Source: Eledone cirrhosa
Taxonomy: Eukaryota
Reading direction: 5' to 3'
Assembly (NCBI GenBank): GCA_964016885.1
Contig: OZ024743.1
Location: forward strand, 228,160,001-228,224,000
DNA length: 64,000 bases
Part shown: positions 42,726 through 56,640 of the stretch, piece by piece
Numbering within the stretch: the first letter of the stretch is position 1
How the letters are laid out: the number at the start of each line of letters is the position of its first letter
Notes under the pieces: model-generated
Seen by the model: the letters and a program-made list of their open reading frames with translations, nothing else
What the model was told of the DNA's origin: nothing
Database searches by the model: none
Program-made: the position numbers and the translations under genes

Positions 42726-43351
42726 TGGGTAATCTATGATTTGTACATTATTCTATGTACTATACATGCACCTTTGATGAGTTGTAATGCACTTGAGCAC
42801 TGTACACAATAATTTTCGTTATTATTATTTCATAGATACATATATATCATCATCATCATCATCAACATCGTTTAACGTCTATCTTCCATGCTAGCATGGG
42901 ATTATATATATATACATACTGCATACACACACTGCTTACAATTGATTCTCTTCATCTTTGTTTCTATTTAAGTGCCCTTACTGTCCTTGTTTTTGTTGTT
43001 ACTGATGATGTTCTTACTACTGTTGAAGTCCGTTATGTCTGTTGGTTGTTCCATTGTCTTCATCTCCCGAGATTATTTCTATCAGTGAAAGAATCTGTAG
43101 CCAGAATATATTTACTATGCAAAGCACCCTCTGGTGGCAAGGTCAGAAAGAATGTGCTTGCGCCAATAGTCGGAAGACCTAATAATGATTTGTTTGTTAC
43201 TTATACAGTGGTTTTTATTACAGATTTTTTTTATTTACAATACACATGAATTTGTATGCTCTCTTAATATCTTCATATCTTTCCGCAGGCCCCCCCCCCA
43301 AAAAAAAAACAACAACCAGCAACTGGTTTTAAAATTTCAAACATTTGAATC

Positions 43352-43413
<62 letters not shown>

Positions 43414-43416
43414 TAG

Positions 43417-43488
<72 letters not shown>

Positions 43489-44006
43489 ATGTGTGTGTTT
43501 AAATTTATATATTTATACATGCATATTATATATATATATATATATATCGGACGTAAAACGATGATGATGATGATGAGATATACAAACACACATATATTTA
43601 TATACACACACACACATATATATACATACACACACATTTACATACACCCATGTATGTAAATATATGTATGTATGTATATATGTGTGAATGTATATACACA
43701 CATATATATATATATACATACACGCACATTTACATACACACATGTATGTAAATATATGTGTGTATGTATATATGTGTGAATGATATACATACATATCTAT
43801 AATACATATGTATGTATGTATTATTTCCAATTTGAACACATAAAAGTAATGGCTGCGACAGCTTTAGAAATTTTATTCGATCTCGTAATGTATTTTAGTC
43901 TGCAGCTCATAATCGTATGCATTCTCACCCTGGCTGACCTTCTTACTTCTCTCTCATCTACCTTTTTTTATATATCCACACACAAGTATGTGTGTATATA
44001 TATACA

Positions 44007-44183
44007 TTTATATATGTAAATATATATATATATTTCAAAACGAATTTCTTTATATATATATATATATGTTTTCTATACCTTTCATTTATATACAATGTTT
44101 TTTATACCTTTTATTTATATATATATATATATATATAAAGAAATTCGTTTTCAAATATATATATATATATTTACATATATAAA
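44007..44183. repeat. Inverted repeat in TA-rich DNA
   Basis: ATTTATATATGTAAATAT...TTCAAAACGAATTTCTTTATAT mirrored by ATATAAAGAAATTCGTTTTCAAATAT...TTTACATATATAAAT. Confidence 0.8.
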
Positions 44184-44482
44184 TACACACACACACACAT
44201 ATATTTATATACACACACATTGTGTGTGTGTGCATTCATACCTATATGTATACATACATGTGTGTATGTTCGTATATACATGTATAAATACATCTATGGG
44301 TACATATACACAAGTGTTTGCTCATAGAAGAACGTATGCATACATATGTGTATGTTCATACACACATACATACATCATAGTCTCATACACATATGCGTTT
44401 ATACAGATTACACTCATGCATATATATGCATATTCACTTGAAAATATATCTGTGGTATAGACATACATTCATTACAAAACAT

Positions 44483-44515
<33 letters not shown>

Positions 44516-44594
44516 CATGTAAACACATAGTTGTTCACAAATATGTGTCCACCAATAGAGATAGTTATGTATATATAACTTCTTTTGCAGAGAA

Positions 44595-44642
<48 letters not shown>

Positions 44643-45002
44643 TCATTATACAGACGCCATGCTTTGACGTATAGAGTTACGGCCCTTGCCATTCTGAGTT
44701 CAAATCCTGCCGAGGTTAACTTTGCCTCTCATCCTTACGGGGGTCGATAAAATAAAGTACCAGTAATGTACTGGGTAATTGCTGGCCTTGTGCCAAAAAG
44801 TAGAAACAATTAGACAGAATCATGTAATAACATATTCACATATACATAAAAATACAACACAGCTTAACTGATCAGCACTCAGAAATATCTCATCAACCAA
44901 CAGTGCATGTTACATCCACTTACACTTGGCACAACATACTATACAGGCACAGATGCATACACATAGATGCTCACAAACGTCCATCAACTAATTTGAGATG
45001 GT

Positions 45003-45087
<85 letters not shown>

Positions 45088-46344
45088 ATATAAATATATA
45101 TATATATGTGTGTATATAAATATATATATATATATACACATACACACACACGTATGCATTTGCAAAGAACATACTCATGCATAGCTACACACAATCACAT
45201 TATAACATATTTACACAAGAGAACACATAAGTAGACATGTATTTTCACATATACAGACATGTATTTGCACAGGACGCTCTCATACTCAGATATACACATT
45301 AACTTGACAATGTATTAATCTAACAGAATACACATATATATATACACAACTAAACAGATCCATCACTCGAGAATGTCAATCCACCAATAGTGAGAGACAG
45401 ACACACTACTCTCTAATGTTTCTTTATTCATTAACACACCTAAATCTCCAATGAACAGAATGATGTCACGTTTATTTGTAACTTCTATCATTTTCACACC
45501 GGATTCATTATTAATGTAGAGGTGATGTAATTCAGTGTACATCTGTCCAAGTTGATAATGTGCCAAAAGTACTGGTGGCAGGCAGCATATGAGCAGTTCA
45601 TACCCTATTCCCAATGCTGTGTCTATGGCCAAGATCTTTAATATTCAAGTGATTTAGCTCATCTAATCAGAGTGAATCGTTGCAAGCACCAGGAAGACTC
45701 TACAATCAACAAATGTTTTGTTACCTTCCAGTGCTGGGCTGCTAAGGCATGCAGTTTAGTGGTTAAGGTTAGTAGTTAGTCTCACAATAGTAACATCATG
45801 AGTTTGATTCCTGGACCGTGTGACATGTGTTCTTGAGCTAGACACTTTATTTCCTGTTGCCACGGTCCACTCAGATGGAAAAAATGATGCAACAACACTT
45901 GTGCGAAGCTATATCAGCCTTTGCTTTTCTCTTGGATCAATATCAGTTTCATAAAGTGGGAGAGACTCACATACATGGGCAACTGCTGATCTTCTACAAA
46001 ACTCTTTACCCACACTTCTGCCTCAAAGAGGCAAACTTCTGGTCAATCAGTCATGACCAAAGCAGGCCCTTGCAAGTACTGGGTTCAACATATTCCACAA
46101 AATGTAACTTGGTGATGGATTAGCTCAGCCATGTTCTCTTGATCTAAACACCTCTTTCATGACAATAACATCTTGTCATGAAGGGGTATATATCTGGGTT
46201 GGCGAAATTTGTGACTTCACTAGAAAACCACTATCCTAATAACAATAAAAACTAAATTTCAGTTAAATAACTAGTGAAAATGGTAATGAAGAAGCTACTT
46301 ATGTTCACTAGCTACTAAACTAATCCAATTTTATAACTGTTTGC

Positions 46345-46391
<47 letters not shown>

Positions 46392-49327
46392 TATTTACTA
46401 CACATTGTTTAAACGTTAGTCTGTCTCGTAGACCTAGCAGACAGATTGGAGAAGACATTGCCCTAGAGGATGGCAAGTGAGACATGCTGGAACAGCCACT
46501 CCAATACGCAATGCTTGCACTTGTGACTAGCCAACTCCACCCTGGTAGTAGTGTGTAGGGATGTGGTCTGGGGGCCAAGAATACTGAAATTCTCCACTAC
46601 CAAAGGCTCGACCACAAACCTATCAGAGAGTGACCAATACTTTGAGTTTGCCCTCTTCAGCCTAATGAGCAGCAAAGCCTGTTATCTGTCTGTCTATATT
46701 GTGCACTACTGATAGAAGAGAATAAGAAAAATTGCTATTGTTGAACTCTGGACTGGCCTTCATATACTCAAAAGCATTCCAGCCATGATCCACCCTTCTT
46801 CATTTCAGACATAAGATTAATGTAGTTACTTCTAGATCAGTTGATCTGAGGATGGTGGGGAGGGGGCTCAATGAGCTAAGTTCAAAATTTCAAGTACTTT
46901 CTTTGGTCATATTATACATATGCTACTGGGTTTCTATACTCCTCTGAGTGTAAACATTTCTGTTTGGATTGTTTTTATCACTGTATAACTTGGGAGAGGA
47001 GTAATTTTAGTGGTTGGGTCTGCTGGAAAATTTATTCAAATAAAATAGGTTCTTGGTAGTAAAGATGTTAGGAACTAGATCTAGATTCACAATACATTCT
47101 TTAGTCTTGGTGTTGACTAGTGGCAACACAATTTGTACAAGATTTCCTTTGTTGAAATAAATGTTCTATGGTGACATGGAGAAGAAATACTTTCAAATTT
47201 GCTAACATTCCTAATTTTATTCCCAGTTTCCTATAAAGTACATAAATTTTATATTTGGCTATAGTCATTTTGCCATCTTCTATTCTTTCTTTCTTCTCAT
47301 GTTTCTTTCTCCTCCCTACCCCAATCAATTTGCCTTCCTTTCCTCACTTCTGTTTCCTTTGTTCCCTCCACCACACCCCTATCCTTCTTTCTCAACACCA
47401 CTACCACCACAACCACCATCATGCTCATTGCCATCATCACCATCAACATCACCCTCACCACCACCAGTATTGCCTTCTCTAACTATGATTTCTGGCACCT
47501 GGGCTAACATGACATATATCACACTGCAATACTGATTATCACTGCCAGTAGTATCACAAACAAGCACTACTGTTGCCACCAACATCATTCTCATCAACTT
47601 TGCTGCCATAAACTCCAATCATCATCAGCTTTTAACCACCCAACCACCAACTTAAAGTTTTGCAACTCCCAAAGGGTGGTGGATTGGCAGAACTGGAAAG
47701 AGCATAGAACAAAATAATTTGCAGTATTTGTTTTGCTTATTTACATTCTGAGTTCAAATCCCACTGAGGTCAACTCTGCCTTTCATTCATCTGGGGTTGT
47801 AAAATAAAGTACCAGTCAAGTAATAGAGCAGGTTTAATCAGCTTTGCTCCCCCCCCCCCCATACCTAAATTAAAAATCGCCATGATGATGATGATAATGA
47901 TGATGATAAGCAACACCAGCATAATAATAATAACAATAATAATAATTGTTTCTACTTTTGGCACAAGGCCAGCAATCCACCAGTGTATTACTGGTACTTT
48001 ATTTTATCGACCCCGAAAGGATGAAAGGCAAAGTTAACCTCGGCGGGATTTGAACTCAGAATGGCAAGGGCCATAACTTAATGCGTCCCTCTATAACAAT
48101 AATAATAATGATTTCTGATATAGGCACAAAGCAAACAAATTTAGGGGTAGGGAAAGTCGATTAAATTGACCCCAGTGCATTACTGGTACTTTATTTTATC
48201 AAACCCGCAAGGATGAAATGCAAAGCTAACCCCAGCAGGATTTGAACTCAGACACAAAGGGATATAAAGTAACACCAATAATATGTTCACCATAATAATC
48301 ATCATCACTATCATCATCTATAACCATAAACACCACTTCCTTCATTTCATTAATATTGTCATCACCAGCAAATGCTATTTTCATGTTTTACAATTGGTGA
48401 GCAATGCAGGCCCTTGAATGTGGTGATGGAGTGAGGAGTGAAAGATGATGATGATGATACCTGACTGGAGAGCAGGTTTGGGAATACCTTTTATTATTAC
48501 TTATGGTGACAGTGGAGTTATAGTAGTTATTTTCAATGTCGTTGAGAATCTAGGAGAAAGAAGCACTGTGCCACTGTGCACCAAAATTGCCACTTGGTAT
48601 GCTGGCTGACAACATTTATTAGATTAGGGGATCCTGTTTGACACTTTGACCAGTCTAACTGGTCACTCTCCACCTCATTATTCTGCACCTTTCTATGATT
48701 GTGGGGGTGATGGGAGACGAAGGTTGGGTTGGAGGAAGTGATGGTAAGGTTGGAATGAGGAAAGTAGAGGAAAGGGTTGGCAAGATCCAACTCCACCTTT
48801 TTTATGTTAGCTGGTATTCAATCCATCTCATCACCACCGCTCTACATCCCTCTCCCGCACAACACACAAAACACCTTTACAACTAAACAACTCTATAAAG
48901 GAAGAAGCAAATCAAACAAAACTAAACTAAAGTGTTGCTGTTTAATTCTGTCGAGTGTCCTGTTCCTTGTCATTTTATGTCTGTCTGCTAGTCTGCTAAT
49001 GATAACCCACCCATCTAGCACCTACTATTGTGGTGCTGTTGTTCACCTTTGCTGTTGTTGTCTCATATTATTATAAATGATATGACAGTTTAGGCAGGAC
49101 ATGTTTCACACAAATACTTTGCTTTAACAACACTTTTATCAAATGAAAGCAACAATAACAATAACAAAAATGATGGTAACAAGGATGCTCTTGTATAACA
49201 ACAATCATAATGATGTCTTTCTAATATAGGCACAAGGCCAGTAATTTTGGGGAAAGGGAAAGTCAATTAAATTGACCCCAGTATTTGACTGGTATTGTTT
49301 TTTATCAACACTGTAAGGATAAGAAGT

Positions 49328-49602
49328 GGAGGCATGTGGCCTCATGGTAAGGGTGTTGGACTTACATTCATAATGTCATGGGTTCAATTCCTGAGCTTGT
49401 TTGAATGTTGTGTTCTTGAGCAAAACACTTCATTTCACATTGCTCCAGTATACTCAACTGAAAGTGAGTACCAGCAATAGCTGAGGTTTTAACACTACAA
49501 TGGACAGGAATCCTGTGAGGGAAGTCTTATACTCTCAGTTGCTTCACGCCACAGAAACTGGGATAAATACTGGCCTGATGAGTCTCTGAGCTGAAGACAA
49601 AC
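49328..49602 (+). mobile_element. MetaSINE-like SINE inserted into a family A SINE
   Basis: Perfect 13-bp TSD AAGGATAAGAAGT (49315-49327, 49603-49615); tRNA head GGAGGCATGTGGCCTCATGG...GGTTCAATTCC; tail GCTTCACGCCACAGAAACTGGGATAAATACTGGCCTGATGAG. Confidence 0.8.
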
Positions 49603-49734
49603 AAGGATAAGAAGTAAAGTTAACCTTGGCAGGATTTAAAATTGGAACGATAAGAGTCAAAACAAATACCATTAGTCATCTTCTGATGCTTTAACAATTT
49701 TGTGTATGCACCACACTTTTCTGTCCATCCACCT

Positions 49735-50420
49735 AATAATTATAAAGATTTCTAATTTAAGCACAGGGCCAGGAACCTTGAGGGAGGGTAATGTTGATTA
49801 AATTAACTCCAGAACTTGACTAGTACTTTATTTTATTGACATCGGGAGGGTGAAAATTAAAGTTGACATTGGCAGGATTTGAACTCAGAAGCTAAAGAGC
49901 TGTAACTAAAATCGTAAAGCATTTTGCCCAACGATCTAATGATTAATAAGGATTTCTAGTATAGGCACAAGGCCAGTAATTTGGGGGGAGGGGAAAGTCG
50001 ATTAAATCGACCCCAATACATTACTGGTGCTTTATTTTATCGACACCATAAGGATGAAAGGCAAAGTTAACCTTGGTGGGATTTGAACTCAGACCACAAA
50101 GGACCGTGACTCTATGCTGCAAAGCATGGTGTCCGACTCTCTACCGATACTGCCAATCCAGCGCCCTTAATGATTAATAATAATTCTACATCTGGTACAA
50201 GGCCAGTAATTTGAAGGAAAAGGGAAAGTCAATTAAATCAACCCTAGTGCGTTACTGATATTTTATCAAACCTGTAAAGATGGAAAGCAAAGCTAATATC
50301 AGCAGGATTTAAACTCAGAACGTACTAGATAATAATAATAGTAACATTAATGGTTTATGTTTTAGGCATAAGGACAGCAATTTGGATAGGAGGGGAAAGT
50401 TGATAACATCAACCTTAGCA
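49735..50420 (-). mobile_element. Head-to-tail cluster of four SINE family A copies
   Basis: Consecutive reverse-complement family A units separated by short TAA runs. Confidence 0.75.
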
Positions 50421-50910
50421 ATAGTAATAATAGCAATAAACATTTGAAATTTAGACGTTGGGAACATTTATGTTATCTGTTTTCCAGTCAGTTCTTTTTT
50501 ATGTTTAGGTTAATTTTATCATTTTTCTTTCTTTTCGAATCTCGGATTACTTTCTCACACTCACTCACTCGCTGCTCTTAAATTGGTCTCAATGACCAGA
50601 GATAGACAGGCAGACAGATAGACAGGCAGGCAAACATAAAAAGACAGAGAAGCATAGATGGATATATATAAATATATACATATAAATTCAAAAAGGGGGT
50701 TCACAGGACAAAGACAATGAAAAAACAACGGAAAGATGGTCTGTCACATCACCTCAGTCAAACTCTGGAAATCAATATGGTTTTGGTTTTATTAAGGTTG
50801 ATACTATTCATTCCAGTGCACAATATATATATATATATATATATGCAGAGAGGGAGACATAGAGAGAGGGACAGATAGAGAGACAAGTATAATGGTTAAT
50901 ATTTGTACTA

Positions 50911-51089
50911 TAATAATAATAATAATTGTTTCTACTTTTGGCACAAGGCCAGTACATTACTGGTACTTTATTTTATCGACCCCATAAGGATGAAAGGCAA
51001 AGTTAACCACGGCGGGATTTGAACTCAGACCGTAAAGGGGCGTAACTATGCTAGAAAGCATGGTGTCCGACCCTCCACTGATACTGCCA

Positions 51090-51090
<1 letters not shown>
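50911..51090 (-). mobile_element. SINE family A adjacent to the Dong insertion site
   Basis: (TAA)n-TTGTTTCTACTTTTGGCACAAGG...GGGATTTGAACTC...ATACTGCCAA. Confidence 0.8.
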
Positions 51091-51133
<43 letters not shown>

Positions 51134-51160
51134 GAAGAAGAAGAGGAAGAAGAAGAAAAA

Positions 51161-53690
51161 GTTCATAACATACATGCCCCATGGATAGACAGACACATGA
51201 AAGATACAGCTCATCTTGAGGAACAAATATGGGAAAATATAACAGTTGAACAGTTGCGCTTGGCTCTAAGAAAAACCAGCAAATGGAAATCCCCAGGAAA
51301 AGACAAAATACAAAACTTTTGGATAAATGCCTTCACAGAGTCTCATGAGCTGTTAGCCCAACTTTACAATGAAATAGTTAAGGAGTCAGAAAAGATACCA
51401 TCATGGCTAGTTAACGGCATTACATTCCTGCTTCCGAAGAATGATGAGACAAACAATCCCCAAAATTACAGACCGATAACTTGCTTGACCACAATGTATA
51501 ACATTTTAACATCAGTCCTAACTGAATACACATATGACCACCTGATAACAAATGACCTATTTCCCATTGAGCAGAAAGGGTGTAAACGAGGCTCATATGG
51601 CTGTAAGGATCAGCTTTTGGTTAACAAAATGATACTGGAAGATTGTCATAATAGACACAAAAATCTATCGATTGCTTGGATAGATTATAAAAAAGCATTC
51701 GATAGTTTGCCACACAGTTGGATTGAAAAATGTTTAAAGATTTTCAAAATATCCCCCGTTGTCAGGAGGTTTTTGTCATTCAGTATGAAGACATGGAAAA
51801 CGACACTCCTTTTGAATAGTGAAACAAAATCACTGGAAGCTGGAGAAGTTAATATTAATTGTTGAATTTTTCAGGGTGACTCTTTATCACCGCTTTTATT
51901 CTGCATCGCACTTATACCATTAAGTAAAATGCTCAATGAAACAAAACATGGATATAAAGTCTATGACAAAACCATTAATCACTTGTTCTACATGGATGAC
52001 CTGAAACTATTTGCAAAAAATGATGAACAATTGCAAGGGCTATTATCCACTGTGGAGCAGTTCAGTGATGACATTAAAATGGAGTTTGGACTAGATAAAT
52101 GCGCCAAAGCAACGTTCAGCAGAGGAAAGCTGCTGAAGAGTTCAGACATTAATCTTGATCGGGGGAACGTGATAAGAGAACTTGATCAAGAAAAAACTTA
52201 CAAATATCTAGGTGTTTGTGAAGGAGACGGAATCAAGCACTCGACAATGAGGGAAAAGATAAGGAAGGAATGTTACCGCAGAGAAGGAATGTTACCGCAA
52301 TCTTAAGAACAGAATTGAATGCAAGGAATAGGATCGATGCCATAAACACGCTTGCCATACCAGTAGTAACCTACAGTTACAATGTCATCAACTGGTCAAG
52401 CACAGAGATCCGTAGGCTCGATAAAAAAATTCGAAAATTCTTAACCATGCACAGAATGCATCACCCTAAGGCAGATATAGATAGAATATATCTCCCTAGG
52501 AAAGAAGGAGGACGTGGGTTAATCCAGTTAGACATTGCGTTGAAAACTGCAACAATTGGATTATCTACATATCTAAGGGAATCACATGATTGGATGATCA
52601 AACTCGTTTTGAAACACGAAAGCATCAAAAGATCATATTCCATTACAAAAGATGCACAAAGATACAGTAATGGACTACAAATTTCAGAAGTCCCATTTAC
52701 TGCTGAAATGGAAAACACAGAAAAAGCAAAGCAGGTAAAAGTAACTGCAAAGAAAGAACTGCTACAGAAATTGGCTAAGAAATGGCAAGAAAAGCCTCTG
52801 TATGGAAAATACCCAGAGCGAGCTAACAATCCTGATGTTGACAAAACTTTAACCCATCAGTGGTTGGCATCCTCTGGACTGAAATCGGAGACTGAAGGAC
52901 TGATTATATCAGCACAAGATCAGTGTCTGCCAACAAAAAATTACCAAGCCAACATAATAAAAAATGGATGCAGCCCATTATGCCGTGTATGCAAAAAACA
53001 ACCAGAGACCATTGACCATATAATTTCAATGTGCAGTCCTATAGCTCCAACCGAATACCTAAACAGGCATGACAGAGCTGCACAATACATACATTGGATA
53101 ATGTGTAAGCATTTTGACCTGCCCCATCAAAAGAATTGGTGGGAGCATCAACCACCTCCCATACTTGAAAAAGATCACATCTCAATCTTGTGGAACTTTA
53201 GCATCCAAACAGACCGAAAAATAGATGCAAATAGACCTGATATAATATTGAAGGACTTTCAATGAGGGTATGCCTGCTAATTGATATGTCTGTTCCAATA
53301 GACAAGAATGTATCTATAAAAACATTTGAAAAATTGAGCAAGTATAAGGACCTGGAGATAGAAATTGGAAAAATGTGGAAATTGAGAACTAAAACAATAC
53401 CAGTGGTTGTAGGGGCTCTGGGAATGATACCTAAGGGGTCTAATGATTACTTATCGCAAATCCCAGGAAACCCGCGTATAGGAGAAATACAAAAGATAGT
53501 ACTAATGGGAACTGCCCATATACTAAGGAAGATTCTGTCAATATAAGTACATCACAAGTCTAAACACTAAAGATGCAAGTGTGAGTATGTATGTTCTTTC
53601 TTGAACATGGCGGACCTTGTTGTCTCTTGAGGTCACTGGTTGTGACTTGGTGATAACTCGTATGAACATAAAGCAAGATAAATGCAACTG
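51161..53690 (+). mobile_element. 5'-truncated R4/Dong-clade non-LTR retrotransposon (RT + CCHC + restriction-like endonuclease), inactivated
   Basis: Motifs WKSPGKD, YRPITCL, EQKGCKRGSYGCKDQLL, WIDYKKAFDS, (G)IFQGDSLSPLLF, HLFYMDD, YKYLG, GGRGL, CRVC..ETIDHIISMC, RHD, RPDI, LIDMSVP, KLSKY. Lesions: TGA at 51863-51865, frameshifting 17-bp repeat at 52264-52299, 1-bp frameshift near 53262. Stop 53544-53546, ~145-nt 3' UTR, then (TAA)n; (TAA)n/(AAG)n at the 5' junction. Confidence 0.92.
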
Positions 53691-55649
53691 TAATAATAAT
53701 AATAATAATAATGGTTTCTGATTTAGGCACAAGGCCAACAATTTGGGAAGAGGGGAAAGTCGATTAAATTGACCCCAGTGCTTAACTGGTACTTTATTTT
53801 ATCGAACCTGTAAGGATGAAAAGGAAAGCTAATGATTTATTTATTGACCACTAGGGCTGAAAACATTATGGACAATACAGAACAGACTAGTCAGTTCATT
53901 CTAGTCAATACCTTGAGTTTCCCCCATCACTAGTCCTTTATGGAATGCTAACATGGAATTTTTTATTAGCCACAAGGGGGTTGTACATAGAATACAGTAA
54001 CCACTATAAACATAGCGGGTTACAATACATATGTAGCTGTTTTGTATTATATCCTGTGTTAATTCTTAACATCATATATTGCGTGATACCATGTTAACAA
54101 GACATTCTTGTTGAGTAAAAAACAGCTCTATGATAGCATCAAATTTCACAACTTGTCCTCTTAGTAAAGATACTATAAACATTTGAATAAGCAAACCTGT
54201 CTTTTTTTTCTGACATTTTCTGTTAAATTATTACAGGATGTTAAAAGTTAAATATTGTGTGTTTTATAATAATTTTATAGATATTTCATGTTTTATCAAT
54301 ATATTATATAATGTCCTTGTCCCCACCCTGATCTTGAATAATAGCAATCATCATCATCATCATAATCACCGTCATTATCATCATGCCATATTTCCGATAA
54401 CCACCATGTTTTTCCCCCTAACCACCACCATCACCAAAACTATCACCAACACAACCACAACCATCACCAATACTACCAATGCCACCACCACCACCACTAT
54501 ATAACCAACATTACCATAACCAACACCACCAATACCGCCACCAACACCAAAACCAAAACTGGCGAAATATCTGGCTAGATAAAAGTGACAGTATCGACAG
54601 TACAGTATTGAGGTGAGGTAACGAAGAAGAGGGGAGAAGGAGGAGTCGATGGTGGAAAGAGGGAGGGAAGAAAGCCTGAAATTTCACATTCATTTCAATT
54701 GCAAGACTGGCTTCCAATAACAATTTAGCAAAATAATTAAACAGGAGTATAATGCCAGGCATTGTTTGCAATCACAATGGCAAACCATTTCAGTGATTCG
54801 AAAAGCTAAATTAAAACTCTTGCTATCATTAAGAAATAAAATAGCAAGATGATGATAATAAGAAAAATTTTTCATTTATCAGACATTTTCTGGAGAAAGT
54901 CAGTGAAGAAGTTGGAATTAATGGCACTTAAATAAGGATATTTCTATTCTTAGTTTGATGTATGAAACTACAAATCATAGGAGATGAATAATTTGCTTGT
55001 GTTGCTGCTTTAGTAGTGATGGTGGTTGTGGTGGTGGTTGTGATGGCTGCAGTTGTTATAGTGGTGTTGGTAGAGGTGGCAGCAATGGCTGTTGGTGGTG
55101 TTGATGGTTGTTGTTGCTAGTGGTGTTGGCAGTAGTGATGGTGGCAATGGCTGCTGTTGGTGTTGGTGTTTGTGAGGGTTGTTGCTGGTGGTGTTCATAG
55201 TGGTGCTGATATCAGAAGTGGTGGTGGTGGCTGTGGTGTTGTTGTTGTGGTAGAGGTAGTGGCGTTTAACGATGCTGATGTTGGTGGTAAAGATAATGCT
55301 GTTGGTATTGGTGATGGTGGTAGTGACTATGGTGGTGCTGTTGTTGATGGTGGTGGTTATATTGTTATTATTATTATTGCCGTTAGCATATTTGTTGCTG
55401 GTGGTGGTGGTGGTATTACTGATGTATTGGTTATGTTTTTGTTGTTGTTTTGGTGATGGTGGTGGTGGTTATTATTGTTGGTCTGATTCAAATTTATTCA
55501 TTTGTTAATTCATTTTTCATGTGTCTTTGTATGCACATTGTTTATGTACATCTTTGCATACATGCATTCATGTGCATTATATATATATGGAAAAGTGGAT
55601 GTAAAAACAATGGTGATTTTGATATGCATATGTGTATATATGTGTGCAT

Positions 55650-55654
55650 AAGTG

Positions 55655-55720
<66 letters not shown>

Positions 55721-55761
55721 GTATATTTATATGTATGTGTATATATATGTATATTTATATA

Positions 55762-55792
<31 letters not shown>

Positions 55793-55955
55793 GTATATTT
55801 ATAAATGTATGTATATATATATGTATATTTATAAATGTATGTGTATATATATGTATATATATATATGTATATTTATATATTTATATATGTATATTTATAT
55901 ATATGTATATTTATATATGTATGTATATATATATATATATGTATATTTATATATG

Positions 55956-56010
<55 letters not shown>

Positions 56011-56359
56011 GTATATTTATATATGTATGTATATATATTTATATATGTATGTATATATATTTATATATGTATGTATATATATTTATATATGTATATATTT
56101 ATATATGTATGTATATATATATTTATATATGTATGTATATATATTTATATATGTATATATATTTATATATGTATGTATATATATATATATTTATATATGT
56201 ATGTATATATATATATATATTTATATATGTATATATATATATATATATATTTATATATGTATGTATATATATATATTTATATATGTATGTATATATATAT
56301 ATGTATTTATATATGTATGTATGTATATATATATGTATATATATATGTGTGTGTGTATG

Positions 56360-56427
<68 letters not shown>

Positions 56428-56432
56428 TATAT
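55650..56432. repeat. (TA)n/(TATG)/(TATT) compound microsatellite
   Basis: Directly visible. Confidence 0.95.
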
Positions 56433-56640
56433 TTTGTTTCTGTAAATAAAAATTCCAATAATAGATAAATAAAATACATGAGCAGATAATATTTAGGAAT
56501 GACAACAGTAGAAGAGGCTGGAATGTCTCTACTGCCAAAAAAGTAATCGTACATCAAAAGCATTCTGTTTCAGTTTCCATTTGTTAAGGCTCGCTATATC
56601 TGGTATTTGTTACTAATGAATTTTCCACTTCTTTAAAAAG

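Noticed and set aside
45363-45740. Possible CR1-like RT remnant (DLGVL)
   Set aside because: Only one short motif recognisable; too decayed to call.
49555-49600. CTGATGAG as a hammerhead core
   Set aside because: Part of the MetaSINE-like tail; no downstream GAAA with stem II or valid topology.
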